A stretch of 64,000 nt of DNA from Candidatus Helarchaeota archaeon (GCA_019058315.1 JAHPZH010000003.1:779983-843982), one strand, 5' to 3'; positions 11,065 to 20,987 are shown, counted from the first letter of the stretch. The notes: generated from the letters alone by a model not told the origin. Translations and numbers: made by a program.

Positions 11065-13251
11065 TTATTTTTGATTAATAACTCCCCCTAAACATTTTTT
11101 TTTGCAATCATTACAGGTTTTGTGGTTTGAACTGTAACAGTAAGGGCAAATGTGATACTCTTTCCTTTCGTTTGGATTGATCTTTAATAATGAATAACCA
11201 TGTTCAAGACATGTGTCTTTTAATATAGATATTTCTCCTTGAATGGGTAAAGAAAAGAATGTTTTACAATTTAAACACAATAATATTCTCTTTTTGCCAT
11301 TCATAACATCCATTTCTTTGTGACATTTAGGACAGATGATAACATCATCCCTATATTTTTTACTGGTCCTTTCTTCTTCTTTTATTTGGATTCTAATATC
11401 ATGATTCTTACATTTTTTATTATTACAATAGAAATTAATCCAACTAAAAAGCGTTGGTATTTTATTCATCCGATTATTACAATCAAGACAAATAACTCTA
11501 TAACTATCTCTTGTGTTTTCAATCATGAATTTATGGTGTTTTTTACAATATTTACAAGAATATCTTAAGTTTCCCATTAAATCAGTTTGATGATCTTCAA
11601 TAATCTTGTTAGAAGCAATACATTTAATAACAAATTTTTTCTCGAGTGCCAGTAAATATGCTTTCTTATTATTTTTAAATGAATTTTTCCTATTCTTATA
11701 CCCTGAATTCTTTTTCTCCCTAACATTTGGTTTAGAAGGTTTATCTGATTTTATTACTTGCAGTTCTCTGTTGAAAGCGTTCTGATTTCGAAGTTTAAAT
11801 AAGTCATCAATTGTTATATCCAGTCCATTTTTAAGTGAGTTTAGATCTTTCTCGTTTACTACCTCTTTCGCACCTAAAATTTGTTTTACTGCTTTAAATA
11901 TAGTTCTTATATAGTCATTATATGTGGAAGGTTCTACATTTGCTTTTATCCCTTCCCGAACATATTTTTCTAAAATCGGATCAACCAACGTTTTTAAAAT
12001 TGCCTCTGTTACGGTATTATTTTCAAATAGTGCTTCACTAAAATTGATTATGTGTCGAGTCCCAAGTTGCATAGCCATCATTCCCAAATCCCCTTGTTGG
12101 ATTGTACTTCTAATTGAAAAACAAATGTCAGTCATACTCCTCAAGAAGTGTCTTGTGGTAGTTTTTTTCCGTTCATAACCAATGTTTAAAGCTTGAAATT
12201 CTTGATCATCTACATTCATAGCAATAATTTTTTGAATATCTTGTTTCGATGGAAATGGTATATCACAGAAAATAAATCTTGATGAAACACTTCCTGTTTC
12301 ATCTTCCCCTAAAGTCTCTCCTTCCGGATTATAATTTGCAATTACAAGTAGATTTTCCTTGGGACAATCCAATAAAATGTCTACGCCAGAAATCTTTTTT
12401 TCAATTCTTCTTTCCTGTAAAAAATCATTTAAATCTTTAATGACTTTTGTGGGCCATTGATTAATTTCTTCTAAAACTAAAATAATACGTTTGCCTTCTT
12501 TAGCAAGTGTCATTGCATCATGAATTTGTCCTTTTTCGGGAACTGTAGAGCCTTCTTTTAACCCTTTTTCCACCACAAGGCTTGCAACGTCCATATTTTT
12601 ATCTGGTTGAATTGTAATCACATGTGGAAAGGTCCCATTTTTCTTCCACAATTCAGGAAGGATACTTTTTGCAAAATAAGACTTTCCAACACCAGGAGGA
12701 CCTCTTAATGCTAAATTACTTGTTTGACGCATGCAATAGAAGGTTGTGGCAATGATTTTATTTGAAACATCGACGAATTTAAGCTGAGTTAATTTTTCTT
12801 GTAGTTTTTTTTCGTATTTGTCTTCTAATTTTTTAGAATCTTCTTCCATAATTTTTTCTAAACTTTTAAATTCCTTAATTTCACTAATTAAAAGATAACT
12901 TGTAAAATAATCATCTTCTTTTATGGCATCTTCGAGGAGAAAACCAAATTGTTTAGCTAATTCTAACTTTTCTTTATTTTCTTTCGAAATTTTCTTCTCT
13001 TTAACGATTTTTTTAGCTTTTTGAATTTTTTTTGATTTTATTGTTTTCTTTTTTTTAGCTTTCTTCTTTTTATTTTTCTTTTTCTTAATATTCTTTGTTT
13101 TTATTCTCTTAATTTCTATACTATTTTTAATAAATTTGGTTACCAAAACTTTACATTTATCGCAATGATAAGAAAACGGAGGTTTTTTGCTAAGATCTAA
13201 AATCGTTTCTCCTCCACAGTAAGGACAATACGTTTCTTCTGAATGAGACAT
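11065..13251 (-). CDS. MoxR/CbbQ-type AAA+ ATPase with N- and C-terminal zinc ribbons
   Basis: Walker A GPPGVGKS, Walker B ILVLEEIN, IANYNP, SRF; CPYC..CDKC at N-terminus; many CxxC pairs at C-terminus; adjacent to VWA partner. Confidence 0.85.
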   Translation of the reverse strand: MSHSEETYCPYCGGETILDLSKKPPFSYHCDKCKVLVTKFIKNSIEIKRIKTKNIKKKKNKKKKAKKKKTIKSKKIQKAKKIVKEKKISKENKEKLELAKQFGFLLEDAIKEDDYFTSYLLISEIKEFKSLEKIMEEDSKKLEDKYEKKLQEKLTQLKFVDVSNKIIATTFYCMRQTSNLALRGPPGVGKSYFAKSILPELWKKNGTFPHVITIQPDKNMDVASLVVEKGLKEGSTVPEKGQIHDAMTLAKEGKRIILVLEEINQWPTKVIKDLNDFLQERRIEKKISGVDILLDCPKENLLVIANYNPEGETLGEDETGSVSSRFIFCDIPFPSKQDIQKIIAMNVDDQEFQALNIGYERKKTTTRHFLRSMTDICFSIRSTIQQGDLGMMAMQLGTRHIINFSEALFENNTVTEAILKTLVDPILEKYVREGIKANVEPSTYNDYIRTIFKAVKQILGAKEVVNEKDLNSLKNGLDITIDDLFKLRNQNAFNRELQVIKSDKPSKPNVREKKNSGYKNRKNSFKNNKKAYLLALEKKFVIKCIASNKIIEDHQTDLMGNLRYSCKYCKKHHKFMIENTRDSYRVICLDCNNRMNKIPTLFSWINFYCNNKKCKNHDIRIQIKEEERTSKKYRDDVIICPKCHKEMDVMNGKKRILLCLNCKTFFSLPIQGEISILKDTCLEHGYSLLKINPNERKEYHICPYCYSSNHKTCNDCKKKCLGGVINQK

Positions 13252-13392
13252 TTTTTATTCCTTCTTTCAAATTGGATTTTAGGATCTTTTCTAATTTTTT
13301 TAAATAGGCTTTGAAATTGAAAAGATCAAGAGCCAAATGTTGATTTCCAATTATAATTCAAATCATTAAACCTCCTAACTCATATTTTTTTA

Positions 13393-13484
13393 TATTTATG
13401 AAAGTTCTAAATCCCTATTTTTTAAGAATTTAATAGGATCGATGTAAAATTTGAGTTTTTCAAATTTTTTTACTTTCATAAATA
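13393..13484. other. Nested inverted repeats (three-way-junction-like) upstream of the AAA+/VWA operon
   Basis: TATTTATGAAAGT 13393-13405 / ACTTTCATAAATA 13472-13484 enclosing CCTATT/AATAGG (13414-13437) and AAAATTTGA/TCAAATTTT (13446-13468). Confidence 0.55.
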
Positions 13485-13499
13485 CTCACTATTATTATG

Positions 13500-13553
13500 A
13501 AATGCGCAACCAATAAGTTTTTAATATATAAAGGGTCGAAAATGCGCAATTTC
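13500..13553 (-). promoter_or_regulatory. TATA-box promoter flanked by two AAATGCGCAA boxes
   Basis: AAATGCGCAA at 13500-13509 and 13540-13549; minus-strand CCTTTATATATTAAAAA between them (13534-13518). Confidence 0.5.
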
Positions 13554-13681
13554 TTCTAATTAAAGCATGAAAAATTTGAGAAAAGAATCAGAAATAAATA
13601 AATCTAATCAATAAATTCCCCTAGTTTATTGTTAAGTAAAAACTAGAATCTATAAACTAAATTAAAAAAATAAAAGAATAA

Positions 13682-14038
13682 TTATTTTTTCCCTTTCAAT
13701 GCCGCTGCAATCGCTCTGCCATAGCGGATTAGTTCCATCACTTTACCATTTTTAACCTCTATTTGTTCACGGCTAATTGCATGGGTAAAGTCACCTTGTC
13801 CTCTGCTTGATCTGGCAATACCTTCACCATCGCCCGTAATTAGTAAAGATGGATTCGAATGTTTTCCAGAAGTTAAGTTTGCCTTGCCATTTTTTACTTC
13901 TATATAGAATGGCTCTTCTGTTTTTAAATCAAATTGAAAAATTACGTTCCAATTTTCAGCTACTAGTATTTTTTGAGCCTTTGGATTATCATTAATTAAT
14001 TTTAAAATTTTTTCTGATTCAGCCCTTGCTTCACCCAT
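13682..14038 (-). CDS. SCP2 sterol/lipid-binding domain protein
   Basis: FQFDL...FYIEVKNGKA..G...PSLLITG...QIEVKNG pattern; GGAGGTG RBS precedes ATG 14038. Confidence 0.75.
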   Translation of the reverse strand: MGEARAESEKILKLINDNPKAQKILVAENWNVIFQFDLKTEEPFYIEVKNGKANLTSGKHSNPSLLITGDGEGIARSSRGQGDFTHAISREQIEVKNGKVMELIRYGRAIAAALKGKK

Positions 14039-14531
14039 CGGATGCACCTCCACCTTCGTATTCTGGTTTATTTATCCACATTTCATATTCATCTATTGGG
14101 ACAAAGAAAAAGTCAGTAATCTTACCCTCCCTTTCCTTTTTAAACACAGCTCTTACTTTTTTTCCAGCTTTAATTTTTGAGGGAACCAGACTTTCAGAAA
14201 ATATTCCTTGATTAATTGCGGTACTTGCTCCTTCCAATTGGATGTATCCTACAGCATAGGGGATATATTGAATAAAGGCAGATGTACTATACCAAACCAG
14301 TGTACTTACTTTAATTTCTCCAACATCCTTTATGGTAACCCATTCAGTTGGTTTATAACATTTAGCACAAGCAACGCGAGGAGGGCAATAAGTCGTTCCA
14401 CATTCTTTACATTTTGAACCTAAAATTCTTTTATTATCTCTTAACTCTATGAAAAACCTAGATTGTCCACCATAACTGTATTTATAGTTCATAATGATTT
14501 GATCTTCAATTTCATGGTAATTTTCTGTCAT
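14031..14531 (-). CDS. DUF35/ChsH2-type Zn-ribbon OB-fold protein
   Basis: GSKCKECG..YCPPR..CAKC, PYAVGYIQLEG; follows thiolase gene. Confidence 0.9.
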   Translation of the reverse strand: MTENYHEIEDQIIMNYKYSYGGQSRFFIELRDNKRILGSKCKECGTTYCPPRVACAKCYKPTEWVTIKDVGEIKVSTLVWYSTSAFIQYIPYAVGYIQLEGASTAINQGIFSESLVPSKIKAGKKVRAVFKKEREGKITDFFFVPIDEYEMWINKPEYEGGGASDG

Positions 14532-14533
14532 AT

Positions 14534-15739
14534 TTAGCCTCTCTCCATTACAATTATAGCAGAATACGCCGCACCAGGACCTCCTATTGAATGTGAGATT
14601 GCTCTTCCTTTTGAAATAGGCACTTGTCTTTTACCCGCTTTTTCTTTCAATTGCAAATAAGCCTCCCCAGTCGACATTATACCTGTAGCCCCAACAGCAT
14701 GTCCACAGCCAATTAGCCCTCCTGAGGGACAACATGGTAATTCTCCAGACATTAAGGGTCCACCATCGTCAAGCCAATCGCCTCCCTTTCCATATTCCAC
14801 GAATCCCAATTCTTCATAGGAAATAACTTCCTGTCCTGAAAATGCGTCATGTAATTCTGCAACATCAATTTGATTTTTAATATTATTATAATCTAGTCCA
14901 GCCATTTTATATGCACGCTTTGCAGCTGCAATATTTGAAGGTAATGCGCCTATACTTTTTCTATTACCAATAAAAGCGTCAGTGCATGCGGCTCCTGCTC
15001 CTGTAATCCAAACAGGATCATCAATTTTTAATTGTTTTACCTTTTCTTCTGATGCTAAAATCAAAGCAGCCGAAGCTTCGGAATATAGACAACAATCTAA
15101 CATTTTAAACGGATAACAAATTATACGTGAGTTTAGAACTTCTTCTACGGTTAATTTCATTGGTGATTGTGCCTTGGGGTTGTTCAGTGCATTTCCATGG
15201 TTCTTAATTGAGACTTTGGCCATTTGTTCTTCAGTGGGATTTCCGTATTTATCAATATGGGCGTTCACTAGAACCACGTAACTTGAGGCTGCTAACATAC
15301 CTAATGGGAATTCCCAAGTCATATCAGCAGAATAAGCAATTCCTTTTAGAACTTCGGGGGTTGTGGTACCAGTTTGTTTATCATAACAATCATTACACTT
15401 TTCAACACCTAAAACTAAACAAATATCCGCAAGACCACTAGCAACTTCAGCGTATCCCGTTCGAACTGTAAAGCCCCCTGTCGCTCCCCCAGTAGTAATA
15501 CGAGTTCCGGGTTTATCTATATTTCCAATATAGTCATTAACATAAATATCAGGCATAAATTGCCTTTCAAATAAATCATTGTAAATTCCATAAACTGCAC
15601 TATCTATTTCTTTGATTGTAATTCCTGCGTCATTTAAACTTTCATTAGCTGCATCGTATGCTAATTCAAAATAAGTTTTTTCAGGCCATCTTGCCTTAAA
15701 TGGAGTCATTCCAAATCCTATAATTGCTACTTTTCTCAT
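14534..15739 (-). CDS. Thiolase-family (SCP-x/Ltp2-like) protein
   Basis: KNHGNALNNPKAQ, ELHDAF, PSGGLIGCGHAVGATG. Confidence 0.88.
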   Translation of the reverse strand: MRKVAIIGFGMTPFKARWPEKTYFELAYDAANESLNDAGITIKEIDSAVYGIYNDLFERQFMPDIYVNDYIGNIDKPGTRITTGGATGGFTVRTGYAEVASGLADICLVLGVEKCNDCYDKQTGTTTPEVLKGIAYSADMTWEFPLGMLAASSYVVLVNAHIDKYGNPTEEQMAKVSIKNHGNALNNPKAQSPMKLTVEEVLNSRIICYPFKMLDCCLYSEASAALILASEEKVKQLKIDDPVWITGAGAACTDAFIGNRKSIGALPSNIAAAKRAYKMAGLDYNNIKNQIDVAELHDAFSGQEVISYEELGFVEYGKGGDWLDDGGPLMSGELPCCPSGGLIGCGHAVGATGIMSTGEAYLQLKEKAGKRQVPISKGRAISHSIGGPGAAYSAIIVMERG

Positions 15740-15858
15740 AAAAAATAAAAAGATAGGATATATTATAAAAAACTTTGGAATTCTTTAATTTCTAATTTAA
15801 AGATAAATTAGTAAAATAAAATGTTTTATTTTTGAAAAAATTCTAAGAATTGATTCAA

Positions 15859-16068
15859 TCAGAATGTTTTTATTAATTCAATAATTGAATCAAACATAGG
15901 AATTACACCATCATATTGAACTATTCCATTTTCCTTTAATTTCTTAAGAACTAGACGAACACCTTCGAATTTTTCTCCACAAATTCGATTTAATTGTTTA
16001 TAATCCATCTTTCCATCATTATCTTGTAAAGTTTTCACTAAAAATTTCTCATTTTCATTTAATTCCAA
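15859..16068 (-). CDS. Small winged-helix-like protein
   Basis: 69 aa, GGAGG RBS, L..NE..LV..L..NDG.M...L / LKKLKENGIV pattern. Confidence 0.6.
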   Translation of the reverse strand: MELNENEKFLVKTLQDNDGKMDYKQLNRICGEKFEGVRLVLKKLKENGIVQYDGVIPMFDSIIELIKTF

Positions 16069-16098
16069 TTATTTCTACCTCCAATTTAATTAAACATT

Positions 16099-17424
16099 TT
16101 ATTTCACAATTTGTACTTGTTCCGGTGTGCTTTTTTTAAGTGCCCGCTTTAGAGCATCTAAGTTTGCATCAATAACTATTGGTTTGTTAGCATACGTTGG
16201 TTTAATATTAGGAATTTTATTCATATGATAGTTTACAGTAGCATCAGGATCCTTTAATAAATTCCCAGTTAAAATGCCTGTTACTTTATCTTTTCGATCA
16301 ATAACTCCAGTATCAATCAATTTTTTAATTCCCGCTACTGTAGCGCAAGATGCTGGTTCAGCACCTATACCTGCTCCATCTACTTGGGCTTTAGCATCGA
16401 GAATTTCTTGTTCGGTTACCTGTTCAACTGTTCCATTAGTCCATCTAACTGTTCTTACTGCTTTTGTATAATTAACAGGTTTTCCGATTTTTATTGCAGT
16501 TGCAATAGTTTCAGGATTGTCAACTTCAATATGTTCCTTAAAATCCGTTTTATAACTTAAATATAACGGATTTGACCCTTCTGCTTGAATAATAGCAACC
16601 CGTGGGGGAGAAGAAATAATTCCCAATTCTTCTAATTCTTTAAATCCCTTACCAAAAGCTGAGCTATTACCTAGGTTTCCTCCAGGACACACTAGCCAGT
16701 CAGGAACTTCCCAATTTAATTGTTGTAGCAATTCAAAAACAATTCCTTTCTGCCCTTCTAATCTAAATGCATTTACTGAATTTAATAAGTAAAGGTTCAA
16801 CTCTGCTGATGCTTCTTGAACTAACGCCATAGCGTCATCAAAATTTCCTCGAATTTGAAATGTCATACCACCATAAGCTAAAGCTTGGGATAATTTACCA
16901 TACGCTATTTTACCCTCCGGAATAAATATAATTACTTTGAACCCGCCAAATTTCCCATATGCAGCTAAAGAAGCAGATGTATTTCCAGTCGATGCGCATG
17001 CAACTACTTTAGATCCTAAAACATTTGCTTGAGTAACACCAGTAGTCATTCCACGATCTTTAAATGAACCAGTTGGATTTTCGCCTTCATGTTTAAGTCT
17101 TAACCATTTACAACCAGTATAATTTAGAAGATTTTTAGAAGAATATAAATTTGTATTGCCTTCAGGTCTAGATATTATGAATTTATCCTCAACTGGAAGT
17201 ATTATTTCTTTATATCGCCAGACTCCACTCATAAATGGAAATTGACGAGATTTCCAGCGCTTATTAAATAGTTCTTTAAGGTTTAATTCTTTTAACTTTT
17301 CGATATCGTGAACAATATCTAATAAGTTACCACATTTTTTGCACTTGTAAATGATTTGATTAATCGGGTAATTCTCACCACATTTTATACATTTTTGATG
17401 CATTGAAATTTTAATCATCTTCAC
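16099..17424 (-). CDS. thrC: Threonine synthase
   Basis: N-terminal Zn ribbon, NPTGSFKDRG PLP lysine, CASTGNTSASLAAY, PGGNLGN. Confidence 0.95.
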   Translation of the reverse strand: MKMIKISMHQKCIKCGENYPINQIIYKCKKCGNLLDIVHDIEKLKELNLKELFNKRWKSRQFPFMSGVWRYKEIILPVEDKFIISRPEGNTNLYSSKNLLNYTGCKWLRLKHEGENPTGSFKDRGMTTGVTQANVLGSKVVACASTGNTSASLAAYGKFGGFKVIIFIPEGKIAYGKLSQALAYGGMTFQIRGNFDDAMALVQEASAELNLYLLNSVNAFRLEGQKGIVFELLQQLNWEVPDWLVCPGGNLGNSSAFGKGFKELEELGIISSPPRVAIIQAEGSNPLYLSYKTDFKEHIEVDNPETIATAIKIGKPVNYTKAVRTVRWTNGTVEQVTEQEILDAKAQVDGAGIGAEPASCATVAGIKKLIDTGVIDRKDKVTGILTGNLLKDPDATVNYHMNKIPNIKPTYANKPIVIDANLDALKRALKKSTPEQVQIVK

Positions 17425-17432
17425 TGATAGTT

Positions 17433-18446
17433 TTATTGTGTTTTTTTGTGAATATATAAAAGATCGCTTATTATCGCACTTGTAGCTTCTCTTCCACCTG
17501 CTCCTCTTCCAATAATATATATTTCTTTTGCTAAATCAGTTTCAAATCTTATTAAATTTTGTGTCCCTTCAATAGCAAATGTTGAATTTTCGGGAACTAA
17601 ACGAGGAGACACTTCTAATTTACCATTCTCAGCAGATGCAATATGTCTTATAACATAGCCATCTTCTCTAGCTAATTCTATTGCATCCTTAGTAATTTGT
17701 CGAATACCTTTAATTTTAACGTTGGATAGAGTAACATTTTGTTTTAAAATGGAATTAGCAATAATTACAATTTTACAAGCTGCATCTATTCCATCTACAT
17801 CTAAAGAAGGATCTGCTTCTGCAAAACCTAATTCTTGAGCCTCTTTTAGAGCAATTGAAAATGGAACATTTTGTCTACTCATTTGGGTTAAAATAAAGTT
17901 AGAAGTACCATTTAAAATCCCTTTAATTGAAATAATTTTATTACCCATTAATGCTGTTTCTGCCAAGTGAAAAACTGGTATAGCACCTCCAGTTGTAGCC
18001 TCAAATCTTAGATAAAGGTTATTTTTTTTAGCCAATTCTTGAACTTCTGGAAATGCAAGGGCAAGAGGTCCTTTATTGGCTGTAATAACATGCTTACCAT
18101 TATTTAATGCTGTTTTAATGTGTGATAAACCAGGTTCTCCCGTTTTAATATTTGTATGAGTTAATTCTACAACTATATCGATATCTAATTTAGGTATTAG
18201 ATTATTTGCAGATACTTTAGATTTCCAATTTTCATGTTTTTCAAATTCATTTGGGTTAAGATTAATAATATCTTTTATATTAAGTCCTGCTTCGTTTATA
18301 AAGGCTCCATTTAGCTCAAAAATCCCTTTAATTTTACTCTGAAATCCATATCTTTTTTCAAGATCTTGTTTTCTTTCTAATAAGATTCTTGCAAATGCAC
18401 GTCCTACATTACCGAATCCAATAATTGCTAAATTCATTATCATCAT
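17433..18446 (-). CDS. hom: Homoserine dehydrogenase
   Basis: GFGNVG, TANKGPLA, EATTGGAIP, GILNGTSN, AEADPSLDVDGIDAACK, GRGAGG. Confidence 0.95.
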   Translation of the reverse strand: MMIMNLAIIGFGNVGRAFARILLERKQDLEKRYGFQSKIKGIFELNGAFINEAGLNIKDIINLNPNEFEKHENWKSKVSANNLIPKLDIDIVVELTHTNIKTGEPGLSHIKTALNNGKHVITANKGPLALAFPEVQELAKKNNLYLRFEATTGGAIPVFHLAETALMGNKIISIKGILNGTSNFILTQMSRQNVPFSIALKEAQELGFAEADPSLDVDGIDAACKIVIIANSILKQNVTLSNVKIKGIRQITKDAIELAREDGYVIRHIASAENGKLEVSPRLVPENSTFAIEGTQNLIRFETDLAKEIYIIGRGAGGREATSAIISDLLYIHKKTQ

Positions 18447-18451
18447 TCCCT

Positions 18452-18946
18452 CTACAATAATTCAGTAATTGCAAACAAATTTTTCTTTTCACAAATTTCA
18501 TTAATAAGTTTGTAAACTATTTCAATTTTATCTTTAGAGTCTACTTGGATTGAAATCTTGACTGATGAAACTTCTTCGGGTCTAACAATTCTTGAATCGA
18601 CTTTTCTCACAAGGACTCCAAGGTTCAAGATTGAATCAATTGTATCTTTAATGTCAGTTGCATAAACATGCCCTATAAGAATTATTGTACAATAATATAA
18701 ACCGACTTCACTTTCAATTCGAGTAATATTAAGGTTAGCTTCTAATAAATCATTCTTGATTTGATTAAGTTGATTAAAATTTTCTACTTCAAAATTAAAA
18801 AGAACTGGTACGATATTTCCCGCTTTTACACGGTCTCGTAGATGGTAAATACCTAAGAAATTGCCACCTCGCTTGCTTATAGGTTCTATTACCATCATTA
18901 ATTGTCCTGGCTTATCTGCAAGCTCAACTTCCATTTCAATAATCAA
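18452..18946 (-). CDS. ACT-domain protein (archaeal homoserine dehydrogenase regulatory partner)
   Basis: LADKPGQL, ILIGHV...DIKDTID; directly upstream of hom. Confidence 0.85.
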   Translation of the reverse strand: MIIEMEVELADKPGQLMMVIEPISKRGGNFLGIYHLRDRVKAGNIVPVLFNFEVENFNQLNQIKNDLLEANLNITRIESEVGLYYCTIILIGHVYATDIKDTIDSILNLGVLVRKVDSRIVRPEEVSSVKISIQVDSKDKIEIVYKLINEICEKKNLFAITELL

Positions 18947-19052
18947 AGGAATTCTTCCTATACCCGATAATTATCTTTACTACTTTTATAAAATAGATTA
19001 AAAACATTGCATATTAATTGTTTTGTGTATTTATTATTTGAGATGATTTTTA

Positions 19053-20297
19053 ATGAAGACCAAAAAAGCTCTAATGATAATAATCGACGGAGCGGCAGAT
19101 CGTCCAGTTCAGGCTTTAGGCGGTAAAACACCATTAGAAGTTGCTAAAACGCCAAATTTAGATCGAGTAGCTAAAGAAGGAATTTGTGGTTTATTAGATT
19201 CTTTAGCACCCGGTAAAAAAGGAGGATCTGATACCGCAATCATGTCGATACTAGGGTATAATCCATATGAAATATATACAGGAAGAGGTCCAATTGAAGT
19301 CGCAGGAGTTGGGATCAAATTAGAAAAAGGAGATGTCTCTCTTCGGTGTAATTATTCAACTATAGATGAAAATATGACAATTCTTAATCGCACTGCAGAT
19401 TATGTAAGGGAGGGTACTGATGAACTTGAAAAGGCATTGAATGAACAAATTTCTCTATCTAATCCAGATATAAAATTCCAATTTAGAAATTCAGCTGATT
19501 ATAGATGTGTTTTTCATTTAAGGGGTAATGGCTTATCTGCAAATATTACAGATGCTGATCCTTATCATGAAGGGGAAAAAATATTAGAAGTAAAACCAAT
19601 AGATGGATCTCGTGAAGCGAAAAAAGCTGCGGATTTGGTCAATGAATTCGTTAATAAATCATACAAAGTGTTAAATAATCATCCAGTAAATCTAAAGAGA
19701 AAAAAAGAGGGAAAACCTCCAGCAAATGTAATTGTTCCTAGAGGCTCTGGAGAAACTCCAAAAATGGAGAATTTTTACCAGAGATGGAAAATTAAAGGAG
19801 CTTGTATAGCAGGAATCGGATTGATTAAAGGATTGGGTTATCTTAGTGGGATGGAAGTAATAAATGTAAAAGGTGCAACAGGATATATTGACACTGATTA
19901 TATAGGTAAGGCAAAAGCGGCATTAAAAGCACTAGAAAAAAATGATTTTGTTGTTTTGCATATTGAAGGTACCGATGAAGTTTCTCATGATAAGAAATTT
20001 AAAGAAAAAATTGAAGCTATAGAAGAAACAGATAATATGATTGGTTTTATATTAGCTAATATTTCAAAGGATGTTATTTTAACAATCTTATCAGATCATA
20101 CAACTTCTTGTGACTATGGCGACCATACAGCAGACCCAACTCCGATTGTAATATGGGGAGAAGGTCTGTTTTCAGATGATGTTGATATTTTCACTGAAAG
20201 GGCTATGATAAAAGGTATGATAAGACGTATTAAGGGTCAAGATGTCATGCCTATTTTATTAGATGCCATGAATCGATCAGAGAAATTTGGTGCTTAA
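19053..20297 (+). CDS. apgM: 2,3-bisphosphoglycerate-independent phosphoglycerate mutase (archaeal type)
   Basis: IIDGAADRP, GKTPLE.A.TPNLD, GSDTA, YTGRGPIE, DEVSHD, SDHTT. Confidence 0.9.
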   Translation: MKTKKALMIIIDGAADRPVQALGGKTPLEVAKTPNLDRVAKEGICGLLDSLAPGKKGGSDTAIMSILGYNPYEIYTGRGPIEVAGVGIKLEKGDVSLRCNYSTIDENMTILNRTADYVREGTDELEKALNEQISLSNPDIKFQFRNSADYRCVFHLRGNGLSANITDADPYHEGEKILEVKPIDGSREAKKAADLVNEFVNKSYKVLNNHPVNLKRKKEGKPPANVIVPRGSGETPKMENFYQRWKIKGACIAGIGLIKGLGYLSGMEVINVKGATGYIDTDYIGKAKAALKALEKNDFVVLHIEGTDEVSHDKKFKEKIEAIEETDNMIGFILANISKDVILTILSDHTTSCDYGDHTADPTPIVIWGEGLFSDDVDIFTERAMIKGMIRRIKGQDVMPILLDAMNRSEKFGA

Positions 20298-20342
20298 AGC
20301 CTTATTGATTGAATAGCAAAGAAGAAAATTTAACCTATTTTT

Positions 20343-20987
20343 TTATATGACGGGTAGCAGTAGACTTAAAATCATTACAATAAAGCCCGCGATTAACATT
20401 TTAATTCCAGAAAAAATCCAATTTTTTTTAGAGATTTTTCCCAAAAAAATACCTAATACAAAGAGCATTATAAAGGTCATAACAAGTGATGCCGGGAATA
20501 CAAAACCATTCCTAACCCAAAGGAGTTGACCTGCACCTAAAAATAGGAAAAATGGTACCATACAAATTAAAGCTGCACCTGCTGGGGATGCGCCATCAAC
20601 TATCGCTGCGATTATGCTTGCAAAACGTCTTGCTTTTGCATAAATTGTATCATTAAGTGCTCCTTGTTTTTTACCCATAGCAATTTCAAGATCATGAACT
20701 TCTTTTGTATGCTCAGCAGCTTCAGTAAGATACGAACCCCAAATTCCAGAAACCCCCATTGAAAGCGCAGTAGTAAGACCAGTAAATACCACTATTGAAA
20801 TTAATGACGAATCAAATAGCGTACTGCCCCCATTTGAAAGAAGTGCACCCATAATAATACCTAATGTAGTCAGAGAACCATCAAAAGCATTCATTACAAA
20901 AAATCGTCTTACTATTGGACCAACTTCGCTAATTTCAATATAGTCTTTCCATCGTTTCCAAAAACGTACCATATAATTAAACACCAA
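20343..20987 (-). CDS. VIT1/CCC1-family membrane transporter
   Basis: RRFFVMNAFDG, SMGVSG.WG.YLTE.AE, several TM helices. Confidence 0.8.
   Translation of the reverse strand: MVFNYMVRFWKRWKDYIEISEVGPIVRRFFVMNAFDGSLTTLGIIMGALLSNGGSTLFDSSLISIVVFTGLTTALSMGVSGIWGSYLTEAAEHTKEVHDLEIAMGKKQGALNDTIYAKARRFASIIAAIVDGASPAGAALICMVPFFLFLGAGQLLWVRNGFVFPASLVMTFIMLFVLGIFLGKISKKNWIFSGIKMLIAGFIVMILSLLLPVI

Noticed and set aside
13200-13375. Possible small leader ORF after GGAGG upstream of the AAA+ gene
   Set aside because: The ATG is followed by TGA after one codon, and the other frames are short with no recognisable features.
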